From: Armatimonadota bacterium
Lineage (GTDB): Bacteria; Armatimonadota; Fimbriimonadia; Fimbriimonadales; Fimbriimonadaceae
Reading direction: 5' to 3'
Assembly (NCBI GenBank): GCA_031400935.1
Contig: JANNQV010000058.1
Span: 53,142 to 73,141, forward strand
Length of the DNA: 20,000 nucleotides
The position numbers and the translations under genes were made by a program. The notes under the pieces were generated by a model, which was not told the DNA's origin, ran no database searches, and worked only from the letters and a program-made list of their open reading frames with translations. Positions 17,004-20,000 of the stretch are shown one piece after another (within the stretch, counting starts at the first letter, position 1; each line of letters starts with the position of its first letter).

Positions 17004-17052
17004 TCTGAGTAGCTCTGTGTAAAAATCTGTGTAATCCAGAAAAACTGAGTAA
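17004..17052 (+). repeat. Four 9-bp direct repeats, putative integrase arm-type sites
   Basis: TCTGAGTAG at 17004, TCTGTGTAA at 17014, TCTGTGTAA at 17026 and ACTGAGTAA at 17044. Confidence 0.6.
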
Positions 17053-17084
17053 ATTTGAACCTAAATCCACTAGATTTCTGCTTG

Positions 17085-17121
17085 TTACGAAAGAATTGCT
17101 CTACCGCTGAGCTAAAGTGGC
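17085..17121 (-). pseudogene. 5' half of host tRNA-Thr(CGT), truncated at the end of the anticodon loop (att junction)
   Basis: GCCACTT TA GCTC-AGCGGTA-GAGC A ATTCT TTCGTAA is followed by non-tRNA sequence (CAAGCAGAAATC). Confidence 0.9.
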
Positions 17122-17236
17122 ATTAGCTTGAGTTGAGAATTTTACTCTAGACTTGAAAACTGGGTCTAGGTCGCTTGCCAACTGCGCCGACAACTTGCCG
17201 GCCACTTGCAAACGTAGGTTGTGCGATAATGCCTTC

Positions 17237-18055
17237 ATGACACAAGCCACAAGCCTTCCCTCGCTTAACGACGAATTCCCGTTGCCCGAAAATGCCGTCA
17301 CTGGATTTCAAGAAGACGGCTGGGCTTTGCTCCGAAATGTTTGCTCGCCAGAAGAAGCCGCAACTTACGGCAAAGTGATCCGCGAAGTAGCCATCGCAAA
17401 CAGCAATGAAACTCGCCCGATGGAAGAGCGAGACACTTATGGAAAGGCGTTTCTACAAATCACGAACCTTTGGCGACTTGATGAACGTGTCGCGGCGTAC
17501 ACGCTGAGCAAACGATTCGCAGGCATCGCGGCAAAGCTTTTGGGAGTGGGACATGTTCGCATCTACCACGATCAGGCCCTGTTCAAAGAACCAGGCGGCG
17601 GACACACGCCATGGCATCAGGATGGTTATTTTTGGCCGCTCGACCATGCAAAGACGGTCACGATGTGGATGCCGCTGATTGATGTTCCAGCCGAAATGGG
17701 CACGATGTCTTTCGCCGACAAATCCCACCAAGCAGGAATCGTTTCGCTTGAGGTGGGTATTTCCGATTCAAGTGAGTCGTACTACGAACAATACATTCGA
17801 GATCAAGGCTATTCTGTAACCACAAGTGGAGCCATGAAGGCGGGCGATGCCACATTTCATTCTGGACTCACTTTACACAAGGCGCCCAACAACCCCACCC
17901 AAACTGTGCGCGAGGTTATGACGATCATATACTTTGCAGATGGGCTGCGAATCGCCGAACCTCAGAACACTAATCAACGAAACGACCTCGAAACCTGGTT
18001 CCCAGGAGCGAACGCTGGAGATTTGGCGGCGACGGAGTTGAACCCGAGGATCTAG
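17237..18055 (+). CDS. Phytanoyl-CoA dioxygenase (PhyH)-family Fe(II)/2-oxoglutarate dioxygenase
   Basis: DQALFKEPGGGHTPWHQD (HxD), TMWMPL, GDATFHSGLTLH and a downstream R. Likely start is ATG 17237, 6 nt after TGcGATAAT. Confidence 0.9.
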   Translation: MTQATSLPSLNDEFPLPENAVTGFQEDGWALLRNVCSPEEAATYGKVIREVAIANSNETRPMEERDTYGKAFLQITNLWRLDERVAAYTLSKRFAGIAAKLLGVGHVRIYHDQALFKEPGGGHTPWHQDGYFWPLDHAKTVTMWMPLIDVPAEMGTMSFADKSHQAGIVSLEVGISDSSESYYEQYIRDQGYSVTTSGAMKAGDATFHSGLTLHKAPNNPTQTVREVMTIIYFADGLRIAEPQNTNQRNDLETWFPGANAGDLAATELNPRI

Positions 18056-18202
18056 TCGAAAACTTAAATCCGCCTTGAGAATGGCAAACCCATTTCACAT
18101 CAGAACTGCATTCGGCATTTCAGATTAATATGTAACGGACCCAAAACGCAATATGACCAATAAATTTGTGCCAAAGTACCCGTTATCAGGTAACGTCTAC
18201 AA

Positions 18203-19711
18203 ATGTTCGGCCCGCGCGTACTTCTTATCGTTGGAATCTGTTTGACAATGTGTGCTACGACTTCAGCGCAAACGGTGCGCCGATGGTACAAGAACTTCCC
18301 GAATGCGACAATTCTTGCCAACGCCGATTGGTCCAAGACTAATCAACTTGTCGCTACAGACTCACTTAACAACTGCTTCTTGGTTTCGCAGACCTCTTCG
18401 TCTCGCTACAATAATGACATTCAAATCATGAAAGTTAGCCCCACCGGTTCCCTGCTTTGGGAGCGATGGATTCGAGGTACTGCGAATCGCGACGACAGAG
18501 CTATGGAAATGGCAGTTGACCGAATGGACAACTTGATAATCGCTGGATACGTGTCGAATGCGAGTTCTGGACAAGACGCTTTAGTAGCAAAATACTCTCC
18601 AACCGGCGAAGTAATCTATTCGCATCAAACAAACGGACGCCTAGGACGAGACGATCAGTGGGAACACTTGACGATCGGGTCCGGGAATACAGTTTTTGTG
18701 ATGGGAAGCCATGACGAGACTAGTGGAATAGCAGATTGGTCATCAACTTTGGCTGTGCAAGCTCGCTCGATGAGCGGCACGCTGCTATGGTCGCAGACGA
18801 CAGAGGGGTTAGATAAGGTTAAAACCCAAGCAGTCTTCGCATTGCGCACAGCACTCTCGCCGTCAAGTGGAAGCGGCACTACGAAAAAACCACCCGGCAG
18901 TGGTACAAAGGCGAGCCCGACATCTTTGGTGACGGTTCGGTTTGAAGGAGAAGGCTGGCCTGGACTTTTGCTGACTCAATACGACGTTACAACTGGCCGT
19001 TCAATTGGAACATGGAATATAAGCTGGTCGTATTTTGGCAGTGCCGGACGTACGGGGCCAAAGGGTAGATTTGATGATTTTGGTTCGATGCAGAGCTTAA
19101 TGAAACTCCATTGTTCGTCAAGCGGAGAAATGACTCTTGTTGGTAACTGTTTGAAGAACAATAGTTGGAGTGCGTTTGTGATTCGATTCAATTCCGCTAT
19201 GGCGCCTATTTGGGCAACTCGTTTCGAGCCCACAAACCGGCAAGGCTGCGGTGTGCGTTCCAATGGGGTAGTTGTTGATAGCAGCGGAAACTGTTTTATC
19301 GGTGGATACAACTATCTTGACTCGATTTTGACAAATGGATTTGTCGCCCGGATTGGCAACACTGGCACCATAGATTGGCAGCATAGCGAGCCAAGATTGG
19401 CTTACTTGACTGGCGGACTAGCCATGGATTCGTCTGGAATGATCTTCGCCGCTGGGCGATCAGATGCTCTTGGCGAGTCCCGCTCACGGCTATGCGTTAT
19501 GTCGTTTTCAATGGGTGGAAAGCAGAGCCTTGTTGATCTGCTTGACGCATCGAACTACACATTCGGCAGGGGAATTCAATTCGCTAGTCACAACACAACA
19601 TCAAGAGGAATGGCATTTGCTCCGAATGGCACTCTGTATGTAGGAGGTTCATATGGTGCTCCGGCATTTGGTGCAAATCTCCTCGTAGCCTATGGCAACC
19701 CAAAGAGATGA
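18203..19711 (+). CDS. Secreted beta-propeller-repeat protein
   Basis: Signal peptide ending TSA-Q; repeated blades such as AVDRMDNLIIAG...VAKYSPTG and VVDSSGNCFIGG...VARIGNTGTIDW. Confidence 0.7.
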   Translation: MFGPRVLLIVGICLTMCATTSAQTVRRWYKNFPNATILANADWSKTNQLVATDSLNNCFLVSQTSSSRYNNDIQIMKVSPTGSLLWERWIRGTANRDDRAMEMAVDRMDNLIIAGYVSNASSGQDALVAKYSPTGEVIYSHQTNGRLGRDDQWEHLTIGSGNTVFVMGSHDETSGIADWSSTLAVQARSMSGTLLWSQTTEGLDKVKTQAVFALRTALSPSSGSGTTKKPPGSGTKASPTSLVTVRFEGEGWPGLLLTQYDVTTGRSIGTWNISWSYFGSAGRTGPKGRFDDFGSMQSLMKLHCSSSGEMTLVGNCLKNNSWSAFVIRFNSAMAPIWATRFEPTNRQGCGVRSNGVVVDSSGNCFIGGYNYLDSILTNGFVARIGNTGTIDWQHSEPRLAYLTGGLAMDSSGMIFAAGRSDALGESRSRLCVMSFSMGGKQSLVDLLDASNYTFGRGIQFASHNTTSRGMAFAPNGTLYVGGSYGAPAFGANLLVAYGNPKR

Positions 19712-19798
19712 GCAGGAAACTACCGCTTCCGCCGTCTTATAAGTTATGAGATTAAGGTTCGGCCGTTGCCCAGCCGAATCCCAATATTCCTGCAATGC

Positions 19799-19999
19799 CT
19801 ACCGATTTGGCTTAGCTGGCGCTGCTAGTCGTACATCCTCCAGCCGATAGTTCATTCCGCGCTCTTTTGGCATTCCATAAAGCTCTGGGTGCTGATACGT
19901 CCCACGCTCGCGCCCTTGTTTTTCGATCACGTCTCTTGGCTTTCGGTCACGCACGTAAAGGTCGTTTCTGTCAGCATCTACTCTCCAGGAAACTTCAAT
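19799..19999 (-). CDS. C-terminal end of a convergent gene (5' part outside the window)
   Basis: IEVSWRVDADRNDLYVRDRKPRDVIEKQGRERGTYQHPELYGMPKERGMNY...* ; protein-like, and reminiscent of C-terminal tails of fibre-like secreted proteins (function uncertain). Confidence 0.6.
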   Translation of the reverse strand: MEVSWRVDADRNDLYVRDRKPRDVIEKQGRERGTYQHPELYGMPKERGMNYRLEDVRLAAPAKPNR

Positions 20000-20000
20000 G

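Larger units (their letters stand above)
1..17091. mobile_element. Integrative genomic island (tyrosine integrase; right end in the anticodon loop of tRNA-Thr(CGT)); left end lies outside the window
   Basis: Integrase at 13895-15007, broken tRNA 5' half at 17085-17121, arm-like repeats at 17004-17052, defence and anti-defence cargo, and a clear rise in CG dinucleotides right of about 17150. The left part could belong to a nested or adjacent element. Confidence 0.75.

Noticed and set aside
16952..17084. Intron within a split tRNA
   Set aside because: The downstream tRNA is complete by itself, and its 3' half does not pair well with the 5' fragment (GCCACTT vs TAGCAGC). The interval is too short for a group I intron.
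183..19487. Numerous 60-140-aa ORFs overlapping the major genes
   Set aside because: They are antisense or alternative-frame shadows of well-supported CDSs.

Overview
Most of the window (1 to about 17091) is the right-hand part of an integrative island, which is strongly CG-depleted where sampled. From left to right it carries: the 3' part of a type III restriction (Res)-like helicase-nuclease with an extra C-terminal HEPN-like domain; a Gabija-type OLD nuclease/UvrD helicase pair; about 1.5 kb of palindrome-rich non-coding DNA; an ArdC-like gene flanked by extensive hairpins; a BlaI/BlaR1(M56-PD40) module with four recognisable operators that also cover the promoters of a lipoprotein and of an unknown gene; J-domain and zinc-finger genes; a tyrosine integrase; and four small unknown ORFs separated by related stem-loops. 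The most striking feature is the junction. A host tRNA-Thr(CGT) gene is cut exactly at the end of its anticodon loop (5' half at 17085-17121) and is not repaired at this end. A complete, sequence-divergent tRNA-Thr(CGT) with its own promoter lies 133 bp inside the element (16876-16951). Beyond the junction are CG-rich, chromosome-like genes: a PhyH-family dioxygenase, a secreted beta-propeller-like protein and the 3' end of a convergent gene. All calls come from motif recognition by eye; no searches were run.
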